From contig CAVTBD010000001.1 of the NCBI GenBank assembly GCA_963732875.1, positions 20,780 through 84,779 on the forward strand: DNA of 64,000 nucleotides, given 5' to 3'. Source of the stretch: an uncultured Alphaproteobacteria bacterium (lineage in GTDB: Bacteria; Pseudomonadota; Alphaproteobacteria; SMXQ01). The notes under the pieces are model-generated. The model saw only the letters and a list, made by a program, of their open reading frames with translations. It was not told the origin of the DNA and made no database searches. Below are positions 47,469 through 59,280 of this stretch, piece by piece. Both the position numbers and the translations under genes were made by a program. The first letter of the stretch is position 1. Each line of letters starts with the position of its first letter.

Positions 47469-48194
47469 TTACTGGCCCGAGGACACCACCTGCCACGCGC
47501 CGTCGGGCTGCTGGCACGCGGTGCCGTAGGCCTGCTCGCTTTTCCCCGCGATGGTGACGGTCTGCTGGAACTCCCGGCAGTAGCGCCCGTCGCTCGCGGT
47601 GCCGTCGCGCACCGTGGTCACGGCGCCCGACGCGCCGGCGTCGTTCCAGGTGATGGTCTGGCCGACCGGCGCGCTGGTCGCCTGGATCTGGGCCTGCTCG
47701 TAGGCGCGCTGCTGGTGCTCGTTCAGGTTGTTGATGATGGCGACCGTGATGGCGGTGAGCGCGAGCCACTTGTAGGCGTCGCTGTCGCGCACGAAGAAGC
47801 CGTAGCCGCCGTACCAGTGGCCGTAGGGCCGCACCACCACCACGTCGCGGTAGTGCCGTACCCGCCTAGCCGGGACGTAGACCGTGTGGCCGCGCACGAT
47901 CGGATGGTGGTAGTCGCGGTCGAAGTCGCGGCCATGCTTGCCGCGGTCATGGTCATCGTCGCGCCAGCCGGCGGGCTCGACGTGCTTGCGCGCGGGCGCG
48001 GCATGCCTGGCGTCCGCACGGGCCGGAGCGTGGCGGGCGTCGGCATGAGTAGCGCCGTGAGGGGCATCGTCGCGCCACGGGCGGCCGGGCCCGACCGGAT
48101 CGGCCAGCACCGGGGTCGCCACCAGCGACAGCGCGAGCGAGATCGCGGTGGCCGGGACGAGGATCCTGCGGACGAGCGTGTTGTCGTTTTCCAT
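47469..48194 (-). CDS. Secreted His/Arg/Asp-rich protein with C-terminal surface-antigen-like domain
   Basis: Signal peptide. C-terminal RYCREFQQTVTIAGKSEQAYGTACQQPDGAWQV resembles 17-kDa surface-antigen/glycine-zipper OM domains. Function unknown. Confidence 0.45.
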   Translation of the reverse strand: MENDNTLVRRILVPATAISLALSLVATPVLADPVGPGRPWRDDAPHGATHADARHAPARADARHAAPARKHVEPAGWRDDDHDRGKHGRDFDRDYHHPIVRGHTVYVPARRVRHYRDVVVVRPYGHWYGGYGFFVRDSDAYKWLALTAITVAIINNLNEHQQRAYEQAQIQATSAPVGQTITWNDAGASGAVTTVRDGTASDGRYCREFQQTVTIAGKSEQAYGTACQQPDGAWQVVSSGQ

Positions 48195-48312
48195 GGTCGT
48201 GCTCCGTCGAGCGGTTGTCGATGATGGAGATATACGCCTGGCGCCCTGAACCGTTCCCGAAGGGATCGTTCAGGCGGGGTTCAGTTTCCAGGCCCGATTC
48301 GGGCGGGAAATC

Positions 48313-48344
48313 GGAAAGGCCCGGACCAGGGTCCGGGCCTTTCC
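48313..48344. terminator. Terminator hairpin (same stem family, copy 2) downstream of tRNA-Ala
   Basis: GGAAAGGCCCGGACCaggGTCCGGGCCTTTCC. Confidence 0.55.
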
Positions 48345-48348
48345 TGAC

Positions 48349-48424
48349 TGGTGGAGCCGAGGGGAATCGAACCCCTGACCTCGTGAATGCCATTCACGCG
48401 CTCTCCCAACTGAGCTACGGCCCC
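48349..48424 (-). tRNA. tRNA-Ala (anticodon GGC), CCA encoded
   Basis: GGGGCCGTAGCTCAGTTGGGAGAGCGCGTGAATGGCATTCACGAGGTCAGGGGTTCGATTCCCCTCGGCTCCACCA, with the G3:U70 identity pair. Confidence 0.9.
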
Positions 48425-48490
48425 GAATTCCGGGGTGGCCGGGCGCCCACGGGGGGCGAACATAGGATTAGCCCGAGCGCCCGCGCAAGG

Positions 48491-48518
48491 AAAAAAACGG
48501 CGCCCGCCGGGGGCGGAC
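48491..48518 (-). terminator. Rho-independent terminator downstream of the TIGR02300-like gene
   Basis: Minus strand CGCCC-ccggc-GGGCG followed by TTTTTTT. Confidence 0.5.
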
Positions 48519-48624
48519 GGGAAGGCCCGGGAGGCTCGGGCACGGGTTCTTTGGAACGGGGGCAGGCAGGAAGGACGGAACGGACTGCGGCGGGCGGCGG
48601 GACGGGTGGACGCGGGACGGCGGA

Positions 48625-48990
48625 TCAGACCTCCTTCTCGCCGTCGACGTTCTCCATCACCTCGGCGACGTCCTCGTCGTCGCCACCGAGATCGGAGGCG
48701 TCCTCGATCATGTCCTCGTCCTCTTCTTCCTCATCATCATCGTCATCGTCATCGATGTCGTCGAGATCATCGAGTTCCTCGTCGTCCTCGATCACGGTTT
48801 CCTTCTTGACGACCTCGGGCTTCTTCTTCGGCGCCTCCGGCTTGGGCTCAGGCCGCGCGCGCTTCGGCTTGGCCGCGACCTCGACGAATTCGGCGCCGCA
48901 TTTCGGGCAGATGATCTGCGGGCGACGCATGTCATAGAATTTCGCGCCGCAATCCTGGCAGGTGCGTTTTAAGCCCCATTCCGGTTTCAT
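48625..48990 (-). CDS. TIGR02300-family zinc-ribbon protein with poly-acidic C-terminus
   Basis: MKPEWGLKRTCQDCGAKFYDMRRPQIICPKCGAEF... then a D/E-rich tail. Confidence 0.7.
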   Translation of the reverse strand: MKPEWGLKRTCQDCGAKFYDMRRPQIICPKCGAEFVEVAAKPKRARPEPKPEAPKKKPEVVKKETVIEDDEELDDLDDIDDDDDDDEEEEDEDMIEDASDLGGDDEDVAEVMENVDGEKEV

Positions 48991-49246
48991 CACGAAACCA
49001 CCTCCAACTGACCGGCGGCGCGGGAACACTGCCCCCGCCGCGCAAGAAACACGTTAGCCAATTGCCATGATCGCCGGGCGCTGTCAAAAGCAAATTTGAT
49101 GCCCCTGCTACCTGCGTGCCACCCTGCAATTCGGAACGCGCTTCGTCGGACCGCCCGGCGCGACAGGGGGCCGGTCCTGTGCTATGCAAGGGTCGGCCCG
49201 AGGCGCGCCTTCCCATAAACCATCCGGTCCGACCGTCCATCCCCCC

Positions 49247-50602
49247 ATGCCCGATGCCGCAACCACCCTTCGCCCCCTGATCGCGCGCCCAAGCGGCGCG
49301 CTCACGGGCGACGTGCGCGTGCCCGGCGACAAGTCGATCTCGCACCGCGCGCTGATGATCGGCGCGGTCGCGGTAGGGCGCACGCGCATCGAGGGCCTGC
49401 TGGAAGGCGAGGACGTGCTCGCCACCGCCGAATCGCTGCGCCGCATGGGCGTCGGCGTGGCACGGTGCGACGCCGCGACCTACGAGGTCTCGGGCGTCGG
49501 CGTCGGCGCGCTCGCCCAGCCCGCGGGCGTGCTCGACATGGGCAACTCGGGCACCGGTGCGCGCCTGCTGGTCGGCCTGATCTCGACCCACCCGCTTGCG
49601 GCCCACGTGACCGGCGACGCCTCGCTCTGCAAGCGCCCGATGAACCGGGTGATCGAGCCGCTGTCGAGGATGGGCGCGCGCTTCGACGCGCAGCCGGGCG
49701 GCCGCCTGCCGCTGCTGGTCACCGGCGCGCGCCTGCCGGTGCCGATCGAGTACCGCCTGCCGGTGCCGTCCGCCCAGGTCAAGTCGGCGATCATCCTCGC
49801 CGGCCTCAACGCGCCCGGCATCACCACCGTGATCGAGCCCGAGGCGACGCGCGACCATACCGAGCTGATGCTGCAGCACTTCGGCGCCGAGCTCCGCATC
49901 ACCACCGACCGCGACGGCGCCAAGCACATCGCGCTCGCCGGCCAACCGGAACTTACCGGGCGCCGGGTGCTGGTGCCGGGCGATCCGTCCTCGGCCGCCT
50001 TCGCCACGGTGGCCGCGCTGGTGGTGCCGGGCTCGGACATCACCATCCGCGGCATCGGCGTCAACCCGCTCAGGGTCGGGCTCTACCAGACGCTTGCCGA
50101 GATGGGCGCAGACCTCGAGTTCAGCAACGAGCGCGAGGACGCGGGCGAGCCGGTCGCCGACCTGCGCGTGCGCGCCTCCAGGCTCAAGGGCGTCGCGGTG
50201 CCGGCGGAACGCGCGCCCTCGATGATCGACGAATACCCGATCCTCGCCGTCGCCGCCGCCTTCGCCGAGGGCACCACGGCGATGCACGGGCTCGCCGAGC
50301 TCCGGGTCAAGGAATCGGACCGGCTCGGCGCCATCACCCGGGGGCTCGAGCAGATCGGCGCCACCGTGCGCGAGGTCGGCGACAGCCTGACCGTGACCGG
50401 GCGCGGCGGGATGCTGCCCGGCGGCGGACCGATCACCACCCATTACGACCACCGCATCGCCATGTCGTTCCTGGTCGCGGGGCTCGGCTGCGAGCGCCCG
50501 GTGACGGTCGACGACGGGCGCGCCATCGCCACCTCGTTCCCGGGCTTCGCCGAGCTCATGGCCGGGCTCGGCGCCGACATCGGTCCCGCGGACGCGGCGT
50601 GA
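49247..50602 (+). CDS. aroA: 3-phosphoshikimate 1-carboxyvinyltransferase (EPSP synthase)
   Basis: [22 protein letters not shown]... and LRVKESDRL motifs. Start MPDAATTL inside the longer ORF. Confidence 0.9.
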   Translation: MPDAATTLRPLIARPSGALTGDVRVPGDKSISHRALMIGAVAVGRTRIEGLLEGEDVLATAESLRRMGVGVARCDAATYEVSGVGVGALAQPAGVLDMGNSGTGARLLVGLISTHPLAAHVTGDASLCKRPMNRVIEPLSRMGARFDAQPGGRLPLLVTGARLPVPIEYRLPVPSAQVKSAIILAGLNAPGITTVIEPEATRDHTELMLQHFGAELRITTDRDGAKHIALAGQPELTGRRVLVPGDPSSAAFATVAALVVPGSDITIRGIGVNPLRVGLYQTLAEMGADLEFSNEREDAGEPVADLRVRASRLKGVAVPAERAPSMIDEYPILAVAAAFAEGTTAMHGLAELRVKESDRLGAITRGLEQIGATVREVGDSLTVTGRGGMLPGGGPITTHYDHRIAMSFLVAGLGCERPVTVDDGRAIATSFPGFAELMAGLGADIGPADAA

Positions 50603-51267
50603 GCGCGAAGCCCGTCGTCATCGCCATCGACGGCCCGGCCGCGTCGGGCAAGGGCACGCTCGCCGACCGGCTGGCCCGGTATTACGGCTTCGCCCGGCTC
50701 GATTCCGGCAGGCTCTACCGCGCCACCGCACGCCATCTGCTGGATGCCGGCGGCGACCCGGGGGACGCGGATACCGCCACCCGGGCGGCGGAAAAGGTCA
50801 GTGCTACCGACCTTTCCGATCCCGCGCTCGGGCGCGACGAAATCGCGGTCCTGGCCTCGCAAATCTCGGCCTATCCCGGGGTGCGCGCGGCGCTCCTCCA
50901 GTTCCAGCGGGACTTCGCCGCCCGTCCGCCGGGCGGCGCGCCGGGGGCCGTGATCGACGGACGCGACATCGGCACGGTGGTATGCCCGAAGGCCGAGGTG
51001 AAGCTGTTCATCACGGCCAGCCTGGAGGTGCGCGCCGAGCGCCGCCTTAAGGAGTTGCGGGAAAAGGGCGTTCCCAGTATAAAGGCCCGCGTTTTGCAGG
51101 ACATGCGTGAGCGCGACGCCCGCGATACCGAGCGGGCCCGATCGCCCCTGAGACGGGCGGAAGACGCTCACCTCGTGGATACCTCCGGCCTGAACGCGGA
51201 TGAAGCCTTCGACGTCGCCCGTGCGGTGATCGAGGCTACCCTCCGCGACCCGCCGGCCCCGCGCTGA
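50599..51267 (+). CDS. cmk: Cytidylate kinase
   Basis: GTG start overlapping the aroA stop (GTGA). P-loop [13 protein letters not shown]. Confidence 0.9.
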   Translation: MSAKPVVIAIDGPAASGKGTLADRLARYYGFARLDSGRLYRATARHLLDAGGDPGDADTATRAAEKVSATDLSDPALGRDEIAVLASQISAYPGVRAALLQFQRDFAARPPGGAPGAVIDGRDIGTVVCPKAEVKLFITASLEVRAERRLKELREKGVPSIKARVLQDMRERDARDTERARSPLRRAEDAHLVDTSGLNADEAFDVARAVIEATLRDPPAPR

Positions 51268-51391
51268 GATTCTGCAGACCAAGTACCCCGTCGCTTCGGG
51301 GGCCACGGCCCGGTGCCGCTCGGCCCTTTCCAAAGCAGGGACCCGTCATGGTGACGTGGGAGCGACGCGAAGGACGACACTAGGAGAACCT

Positions 51392-53140
51392 ATGGCAAAC
51401 GTAAACGCCGGTACGGCCGAGCCGTACTCGACCGGTGAGAATTTCGCCGACCTGCTGGACGAAGCGCTCGCCAGCAACGGCCCCGCCGAGGGCACGGTGC
51501 TCAAGGGCACCATCATCGGCATCGAAAACGACGCTGCGGTCATCGACGTCGGCCTGAAGTCGGCCGGACGCGTATCGCTCAAGGAATTCAGCGCGCCCGG
51601 CGCCAAGTCCGAGCTCAAGCCGGGCGACGTGGTCGAGGTGTTCCTCGAGCGCTACGAGGACCGCAACGGCGAGACCATGCTGTCGCGCGAGAAGGCGCGG
51701 CGCGAGGAGGCCTGGACCCACCTCGAGGAAGCCTACAAGGAGAATGCGCGCGTCAAGGGCTCCATCTTCGGCCGCGTCAAGGGCGGCTTCACGGTGGACC
51801 TGTCGGGCGCGGTGGCGTTCCTGCCCGGCTCCCAAGTGGACATCCGACCGATCCGCGACGTCGGCCATCTCATGGGCTCGCCGCAAGAATTCCACATCCT
51901 CAAGATGGACCGTTCGCGCGGCAACATCGTCGTATCGCGCCGCGCGGTGCTGGAAGAGTCCCGCGCCGAGGCCCGCTCCGAGCTGGTGGCCAACCTCAAG
52001 GAAGGCCAGGTGCTGGAAGGCGTGGTCAAGAACATCACCGACTACGGCGCGTTCATCGACCTCGGCGGCGTCGACGGCCTCTTGCACATCACCGACATCT
52101 CGTGGCGGCGTATCAACCACCCGAGCGAGGTGCTGAACGTCGGCGACACCGTGAAGGTGCAGGTGATCCGCTTCAATCCGGAGAACCAGCGCATCAGCCT
52201 CGGCATGAAGCAGCTCGAGGCCGACCCGTGGGAAGGCATCGAGCAGAAGTATCCGGTCGGCGCCCGCCTTAAGGGCCGCGTCACCAACATCACCGACTAC
52301 GGTGCCTTCGTCGAGCTGGAGCCGGGCGTCGAGGCGCTGGTGCACGTTTCCGAGATGAGCTGGACCAAGAAGAACGTCCATCCGGGCAAGATCGTCTCCA
52401 CCTCCCAGGAGGTCGAGGTGATGGTGCTGGACGTCGATCCGCAGAAGCGCCGCATCTCGCTCGGCCTCAAGCAGTGCCTGGAGAACCCGTGGCACGAGTT
52501 CGCCGACAAGTTCCAGTCCGGCACCGAACTCGAGGGCGAGATCAAGAACATCACCGAATTCGGTCTGTTCGTCGGTCTGCCCGGCGACATCGACGGCATG
52601 GTCCACCTGTCCGACCTGGACTGGAAGCGCCCCGGCGAGGAAGCGATCCAGGACTACAAGAAGGGCGACATGGTGAAGGTGAAGGTGCTCGACGTCGACG
52701 TCGAGAAGGAGCGCATCTCGCTGGGCATCAAGCAGCTCGAGAGCGATCCGTTCGAAGGCAAGGCCGGCGAGCTCAACAAGGGCAGCGTCGTGACCTGCAC
52801 CGTCACCGCCGTGACCGACAAGGGCATCGAGGTGGACGTGGACGGGGCCCCCGGCTTCATCCGCAAGGCCGACCTCGCCCGCGACCGGTCCGAGCAGCGC
52901 ACCGACCGCTTCGCCGTGGGCGAGAAGGTCGATGCCAAGGTGACCCAGGTGGACCGCGCCACGCGCAAGATGACGCTTTCCATCAAGGCGCGCGAGTTCG
53001 AGGAAGAGAAGCAGGCGATGAAGCAGTACGGGTCCTCGGACTCGGGTGCGAGCCTCGGCGACATCCTCGGCGCCGCCATCCGTGCCAACGCCGAGCGCGC
53101 CAAGGATGCGGACTCGGACGAGGAGAAATCCGGGGACTGA
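51392..53140 (+). CDS. rpsA: 30S ribosomal protein S1
   Basis: Six S1 repeats. Start at MANVNAGTAEPYSTGENFADLL. Confidence 0.95.
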   Translation: MANVNAGTAEPYSTGENFADLLDEALASNGPAEGTVLKGTIIGIENDAAVIDVGLKSAGRVSLKEFSAPGAKSELKPGDVVEVFLERYEDRNGETMLSREKARREEAWTHLEEAYKENARVKGSIFGRVKGGFTVDLSGAVAFLPGSQVDIRPIRDVGHLMGSPQEFHILKMDRSRGNIVVSRRAVLEESRAEARSELVANLKEGQVLEGVVKNITDYGAFIDLGGVDGLLHITDISWRRINHPSEVLNVGDTVKVQVIRFNPENQRISLGMKQLEADPWEGIEQKYPVGARLKGRVTNITDYGAFVELEPGVEALVHVSEMSWTKKNVHPGKIVSTSQEVEVMVLDVDPQKRRISLGLKQCLENPWHEFADKFQSGTELEGEIKNITEFGLFVGLPGDIDGMVHLSDLDWKRPGEEAIQDYKKGDMVKVKVLDVDVEKERISLGIKQLESDPFEGKAGELNKGSVVTCTVTAVTDKGIEVDVDGAPGFIRKADLARDRSEQRTDRFAVGEKVDAKVTQVDRATRKMTLSIKAREFEEEKQAMKQYGSSDSGASLGDILGAAIRANAERAKDADSDEEKSGD

Positions 53141-53157
53141 CGGCCCGCAAAGGCCCG

Positions 53158-53183
53158 GGGCGGTGCCATCGGCACCGCCCCGT
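53158..53183 (+). terminator. Terminator-like hairpin downstream of rpsA
   Basis: GGGGCGGTGCC-atc-GGCACCGCCCC. No clear U-tract. Confidence 0.35.
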
Positions 53184-53221
53184 CCCGGTATCCGCAGGAC
53201 ACACTTTCAGGCTGAACCGGC

Positions 53222-54133
53222 ATGTCGCTTTCCTCCGATGCCATGGTCGACCGCAGGAAGCTCAAGCGCCGGCTCGGCGTCTGGCGCATCGTCGCGATCC
53301 TGGCCCTGGCCGGACTGGCGCTCGCCCTGCTCGCCCCCCGCGCCAACCTGTTCCCCCGCGACCATATTGCCCGCCTCGACATCCAGGGCATCATCAGCGA
53401 AGACCCCTACCGCGACCGGGCGCTCGACCAGATCGCCGCCGACAGCCACGTCCGCGCGCTGATCGTCTACATCAACAGCCCGGGCGGCACCGTGGTCGGG
53501 GGCGAAGTGCTGTTCCACAAGCTGCGCGAGGTCGCCCGCCGCAAGCCGGTGGTCGCGGTGATGGGCACCGTGGCGGCATCAGGCGGCTACATGACCGCGC
53601 TCGGCGCCGACCGCATCTTCGCCCAGGAAGGCACCATCACCGGCTCGATCGGCGTGATCCTCCAGTCGGCCGACGTGACGGGGCTTCTCAAGAAGCTCGG
53701 CATCGAGCCCGAGACCATCAAGTCGGCGCCGCTCAAGGCGGTGCCGAATCCGTTCGAGCCGCTCACCGAGCAGGGCCGCGCCGCCGCCCGCGACGTGGTC
53801 ATGGACATGTACCAGCAGTTCGTGGGCATGGTGGCCGACCGGCGCGGGCTCACCCCCGCCCAGGCCAAGGCGCTTGCCGACGGACGCATCTTCACCGGCC
53901 GCCAGGCGGTCGCCAACAGGCTGGTGGACGCCATCGGCGGGGAGAGCGAGGCCCGGCGCTGGCTGGCCGAGGCCCGCCATGTGCCCCGGAGCCTGCCGGT
54001 ACGGACCGTCCGGCTCGGCAACGAGACCCACGACATCCTCGACCTGCTCGGGCGTGCAACTGGAAAAGCGTTGTTTTCTGAAAGACTTACACTTGACGGG
54101 CTAGTCTCGGTTTGGCACCCTGACCTGAACTGA
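53222..54133 (+). CDS. sppA: Signal peptide peptidase SppA (S49 family)
   Basis: N-terminal TM segment and S49 domain ([21 protein letters not shown]). Confidence 0.85.
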   Translation: MSLSSDAMVDRRKLKRRLGVWRIVAILALAGLALALLAPRANLFPRDHIARLDIQGIISEDPYRDRALDQIAADSHVRALIVYINSPGGTVVGGEVLFHKLREVARRKPVVAVMGTVAASGGYMTALGADRIFAQEGTITGSIGVILQSADVTGLLKKLGIEPETIKSAPLKAVPNPFEPLTEQGRAAARDVVMDMYQQFVGMVADRRGLTPAQAKALADGRIFTGRQAVANRLVDAIGGESEARRWLAEARHVPRSLPVRTVRLGNETHDILDLLGRATGKALFSERLTLDGLVSVWHPDLN

Positions 54134-54213
54134 CGCTGCGGCTACCCGGAGGGGGAGGGTGTGGCGCCACGAAGGGGCCCAAGGTGGTCGCCCCGAACCG
54201 CAGAGAGAGCCGC

Positions 54214-54498
54214 ATGACCAAATCGGAACTGATTCTGCGCCTGGCCGAGAACAATCCCCATCTCTACCACCGGGATGTGGAGCGCATCGTTTCCGCCATC
54301 TTCGACGAGATCACCACCGCGCTTGCCCGCGGTGACCGGGTGGAGTTGCGCGGTTTCGGCGCGTTCTCCGTCAAGCGCCGCGATGCCCGCGTCGGGCGCA
54401 ACCCGCGCACCGGCGAATCGGTGCGGGTTGCGGAAAAGCACGTACCGTTCTTCAAGACCGGCAAGCAGCTGCGCGAGCGGCTCAACGTGGGCGAGTAG
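54214..54498 (+). CDS. ihfB: Integration host factor beta subunit
   Basis: [37 protein letters not shown]...[22 protein letters not shown]. Confidence 0.9.
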   Translation: MTKSELILRLAENNPHLYHRDVERIVSAIFDEITTALARGDRVELRGFGAFSVKRRDARVGRNPRTGESVRVAEKHVPFFKTGKQLRERLNVGE

Positions 54499-54542
54499 TC
54501 CCGCCGCCCCCGCGGGCGGCGCTCCACCGGCGCGGTGACGCC

Positions 54543-54899
54543 ATGAGATACCTGTTCTGGATCATTGCCCTGCCGATCCTGGCGCTGGCAGGGGCGTTCG
54601 CCGCCGCGAACCATGCCGCGGTAACCCTCAGCCTGTGGCCGCTGCCCTACGATATGGCCATGCCGACCTATGTCGTCGTGCTGGGCGCCTTCGCGCTGGG
54701 ATTTCTCCTGGCGGCGCTGTGGATGTGGTTGTCGGGCCTGCCGGTGCGTTTTGCACGCCGCCGCCTCGCCCGCGAGGAGCGCAAGCTCGAGGACGAGAAC
54801 CACCGCCTGCGCGAGGAGCTGGACGACGTCCGCGCCCGCGCCGCCCATCGCGACGATGCGGATGCGGCACGGCGCCTGATCGTCGCGGGCGGCGATTAG
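54543..54899 (+). CDS. lapA: LapA-family (DUF1049) inner-membrane protein
   Basis: Two TM segments and a C-terminal coiled coil (RRRLAREERKLEDENHRLREELDD). Confidence 0.7.
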   Translation: MRYLFWIIALPILALAGAFAAANHAAVTLSLWPLPYDMAMPTYVVVLGAFALGFLLAALWMWLSGLPVRFARRRLAREERKLEDENHRLREELDDVRARAAHRDDADAARRLIVAGGD

Positions 54900-54980
54900 C
54901 GCCATTTCCCCCGCGCCTGTTCGCGGGCGCGCTTTCGGGCTATAACCCCGCGACACTAAAGGCCGCCGAAGCCGATCATC

Positions 54981-55724
54981 ATGCCGCCACGCCCCGCCAC
55001 CAGCGCCGACGCCCTCAAACGGATATTCTGCGCCATCGACACGCCCGAGGCAGCTCGCGCCGAGGCGCTCGCGCGCAAGCTCGCGGGCGCCGTCGGCGGC
55101 ATCAAGCTCGGGCTTGAGTTCTTCTCGGCGCAAGGCCCCGAGGGCGTGCGCAAGGTCGTTGCGGCGGCGGGCGGCGCCGAGCTGTTCCTCGACCTCAAGT
55201 TCCACGACATCCCCAACACGGTGGCCGCCGCGGTGCGCGCCGCCTGCGCGCTCGGCCCGCGCGTCGTCAACGTCCATGCCGCGGGCGGCGAGGCCATGAT
55301 GAAAGCCGCCCGAGAGGCCGCGCGCGAAGGCGCCACGGCGGCAGGCGTTGCGCCGCCGCTCGTGATCGCGGTCACGGTGCTGACCTCCCTCGACAGCGAC
55401 GACCTCTCCCGGATGGGCGTGATCGGCGGCAGCGAGGAGCAGGTGGTGCGCCTCGCCACGCTGGCGCGCGAGGCAGGCCTCGACGGCGTGGTGTGCTCGG
55501 CGCGCGAGATCGGCCCGATCCGCCGCGCGCTCGGCGACGACTTCATCCTGGTCACGCCCGGCATCCGCCCGGCCGGGGCCGACGTCGCCGACCAGAAGCG
55601 GGTGATGACGCCCAAGGACGCGCTCGCCGCCGGCGCCGACTACCTGGTGATCGGCCGCCCCATCACCGGCGCCGGCGATCCCGCGCGGGCCGCGCGCGCG
55701 ATCGCGTCGGACGCGGTCGCCTGA
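54981..55724 (+). CDS. pyrF: Orotidine-5'-phosphate decarboxylase
   Basis: IFCAIDTP...[12 protein letters not shown]...VIGRPIT motifs. Confidence 0.9.
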   Translation: MPPRPATSADALKRIFCAIDTPEAARAEALARKLAGAVGGIKLGLEFFSAQGPEGVRKVVAAAGGAELFLDLKFHDIPNTVAAAVRAACALGPRVVNVHAAGGEAMMKAAREAAREGATAAGVAPPLVIAVTVLTSLDSDDLSRMGVIGGSEEQVVRLATLAREAGLDGVVCSAREIGPIRRALGDDFILVTPGIRPAGADVADQKRVMTPKDALAAGADYLVIGRPITGAGDPARAARAIASDAVA

Positions 55725-55732
55725 GCATCCCC

Positions 55733-56386
55733 ATGGCGATCGCGGTCAAGATCTGCGGCATCAATTCCGAAGCGGCGATGGCCGCCGCCGTGAGCCACGG
55801 TGCCGCCTACGTCGGGCTGATGTTCTACCCGCACTCGCCGCGCTTCCTCGGCCTCGCCGAGGCGGCCGAGCTGGCGGCGCTCGTGCCCGCCGGCGTGAGG
55901 CGGGTCGGCGTGTTCGTGGACGCACCCGAGGACGTGATTGAGGACACGCTCGAGGCGGTGCCGCTGGAGGCGCTCCAGTTCCACGGGCACGAGACAACGG
56001 ACCAGATCACTTCGGCCCGCGACCGCTTCGGCCTGCCGGTGATCCGCGCGGTCAAGCTCGCCGGGCGCGACGACCTCGCCGCCGCGGCCGCATTTGAGGA
56101 TGCTGCCGACATGATCCTGTTCGACGCCAAGCCGCCCTCCGGCATGGCTTACGCGCTGCCCGGCGGCAACGCGCTCAGCTTCGACTGGGACCTGCTCGCC
56201 GGCTATCGCGGCCGCAAGCCGTGGATCCTGTCGGGCGGCCTGCGCGCCCAAAACCTGGGCGAGGCGGTCGCGGTGACCGGCGCACACATGGTGGACGTAT
56301 CCTCGGGCGTCGAGACCGCCCCCGGCGTCAAGGACCCCGAGCTGATCGCGGCGTTCCTCGCCGCCGCCCGGGCCATCGACGGGTAG
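55733..56386 (+). CDS. trpF: N-(5'-phosphoribosyl)anthranilate isomerase
   Basis: MAIAVKICGINSEAAMAAA...LSGGLRAQNLGEAV. Confidence 0.85.
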   Translation: MAIAVKICGINSEAAMAAAVSHGAAYVGLMFYPHSPRFLGLAEAAELAALVPAGVRRVGVFVDAPEDVIEDTLEAVPLEALQFHGHETTDQITSARDRFGLPVIRAVKLAGRDDLAAAAAFEDAADMILFDAKPPSGMAYALPGGNALSFDWDLLAGYRGRKPWILSGGLRAQNLGEAVAVTGAHMVDVSSGVETAPGVKDPELIAAFLAAARAIDG

Positions 56387-56388
56387 GC

Positions 56389-58008
56389 GTGGCCGGGCGC
56401 GACGCCGTTCTCAACGAGGCGCGCGCGGCGCTGGCGCGCGGGCAGTACGACCGGGCCGCCGATATCCTCAGGCCGCTTGCCGAATCGGACGGCAGTGCGG
56501 CTCTGGCGGCGGGGTTGCTGCGTGCCCGCGCGCTGCGCGCGGCCGGCCACATGACCGAGGCGATCGAGGCGCTCCAGCCGGTGCTGGTCCGTGCCGATGC
56601 TGCCGGCGACGTCGCGGCGGCTGCGGGCGGGCTCGCCCAGCTCGGGCTCATCTCCCATCGTCTCGGCGCGAAGGACGATGCTGCGACACTATTCGGTCAG
56701 GCGCTCACCCTCGATCCCGCCCAGCCCGAGGCGGCGGCGGGGCTTGCCCGTCTCCATGCGGAGGCCGGGGACTTCGATGCCGCCCGCGCGGTGCTCGGCC
56801 GCGCGCTCGCGGCAGCACCGGACTCCCCTGAGCTATTGACCGCGCGCGGCACGGTTCTGGCCGACGCTGGCGATCCCGCCCAGGCCGAGGCCGATCTGCG
56901 CCGCGCGCTGGCGCGCGCGCCCGACGCCGGGGAGGCGCACTCCAACCTTGGCAACGTGCTGCGCGACAGGGGCCGGCTCGCGGAGGCGCGGGACTGCTAC
57001 GACCGTGCCCTGGAGCTTTTGCCGGAGGGCGCGCCCGATTATCCCCGCGCCCGGGTCAACCGGGGCGTCGCCTGCCTGATCGCAGGCGATCTGGCCGCGG
57101 GCTGGGACGACTACGAATGGCGCCTGCGCCTGCCCGAAGCGCGCGATACGCGTCTGCTGCCGCCGGCGTGGACCGGCGACGATCTTTCCGGGCGCACCGT
57201 GCTGCTCTACGCCGAGCAGGGCGTCGGCGACGTGATCATGTTCGCGACGCTGGTGCCTGAGATCGCCGAACAGGCGAAGCGCGTGATCCTGTGGGTGCCG
57301 GAACGGCTGCAGGCGCTGCTGGCCCGCTCCCTGCCCGGCTGCACGGTGACGACCGACCCTGGCCCAACCACGCCGTGCCATGAGGCCGACGTCGCCCTCG
57401 CGCTGGGATCGCTGCCGCGCCTGCTGCGCCCCGACGCCGACGCCTTTACCGGCACCGGCCCGACCGAACAACAGCCGTTCCTGGTCGCCGATGCCGCCAA
57501 GGCTGGCGCGTGGCGCGAACGTCTGAAAGCCGCGACCGGCGGCGCGCCCGCCATCGGCCTTTCCTGGCGCGGCGGCGCGACCCACTGGGACCGCAGCTTG
57601 CGCGCGAGCGGCCCCGACGACTGGCGCGAGCTGCTGGCCGCGCCCGGCACGCACTGGGTGCCGCTGCAATACGGCATGACCGAAGACGAGCGCGCGGGCT
57701 TCGCCGCGCTAGCGCCCGGCCGGTTCCACGCGTTCGACGGTACCGGCGCCGACCTCGACGGGCTCGCGGCGCTGGCCACCGCGCTCGACCTCGTGATCTC
57801 CATGGACAATTCGACGGTACACGTCGCCGCCGCGCTCGGCCGCCCGACCGTTACCTTGGTACCTCACGTACCGACCTGGCGCTGGCAGCTCGACGGCGAC
57901 CAGAGCCCCTGGTACCCGACCATGATGCTCGCCCGGCAGGCGCCCGGAACCCCTTGGCGAGACGTGATTTCCGGGCTATCGCGGCTGGTCGCGCGGCGGA
58001 CGGCGTAA
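56389..58008 (+). CDS. TPR-repeat protein with C-terminal GT9 (heptosyltransferase)-like domain, inserted between trpF and trpB
   Basis: GTG start. TPR repeats (AEADLRRALARAPDAGEAHSNLGNVLRDRGRLAEARDCYDRALEL). C-terminal VLLYAEQGVGDVIMFATLVPE...ISMDNSTVHVAAALGRPTVTL. Confidence 0.65.
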   Translation: MAGRDAVLNEARAALARGQYDRAADILRPLAESDGSAALAAGLLRARALRAAGHMTEAIEALQPVLVRADAAGDVAAAAGGLAQLGLISHRLGAKDDAATLFGQALTLDPAQPEAAAGLARLHAEAGDFDAARAVLGRALAAAPDSPELLTARGTVLADAGDPAQAEADLRRALARAPDAGEAHSNLGNVLRDRGRLAEARDCYDRALELLPEGAPDYPRARVNRGVACLIAGDLAAGWDDYEWRLRLPEARDTRLLPPAWTGDDLSGRTVLLYAEQGVGDVIMFATLVPEIAEQAKRVILWVPERLQALLARSLPGCTVTTDPGPTTPCHEADVALALGSLPRLLRPDADAFTGTGPTEQQPFLVADAAKAGAWRERLKAATGGAPAIGLSWRGGATHWDRSLRASGPDDWRELLAAPGTHWVPLQYGMTEDERAGFAALAPGRFHAFDGTGADLDGLAALATALDLVISMDNSTVHVAAALGRPTVTLVPHVPTWRWQLDGDQSPWYPTMMLARQAPGTPWRDVISGLSRLVARRTA

Positions 58009-58065
58009 GCATTGGCACGGGCAGACCGTGCCGCTATAGTCGCCCCCGCGAAAGAGCCGAGACCT

Positions 58066-59276
<1,211 letters not shown>

Positions 59277-59280
<4 letters not shown>

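Noticed and set aside
48690-48800. GAT/GAC/GAG trinucleotide repeat tract that might look like an SSR or CRISPR-like periodicity
   Set aside because: It is in-frame and encodes the poly-Asp/Glu tail of the TIGR02300-like protein. There are no spacer-repeat units.
58005-58030. Sigma-54 promoter (TGGCAC-N5-TTGCW) upstream of trpB
   Set aside because: Only the TGGCACG half is present. The downstream element is CCGTGCC, so this is a palindrome rather than a -24/-12 promoter.
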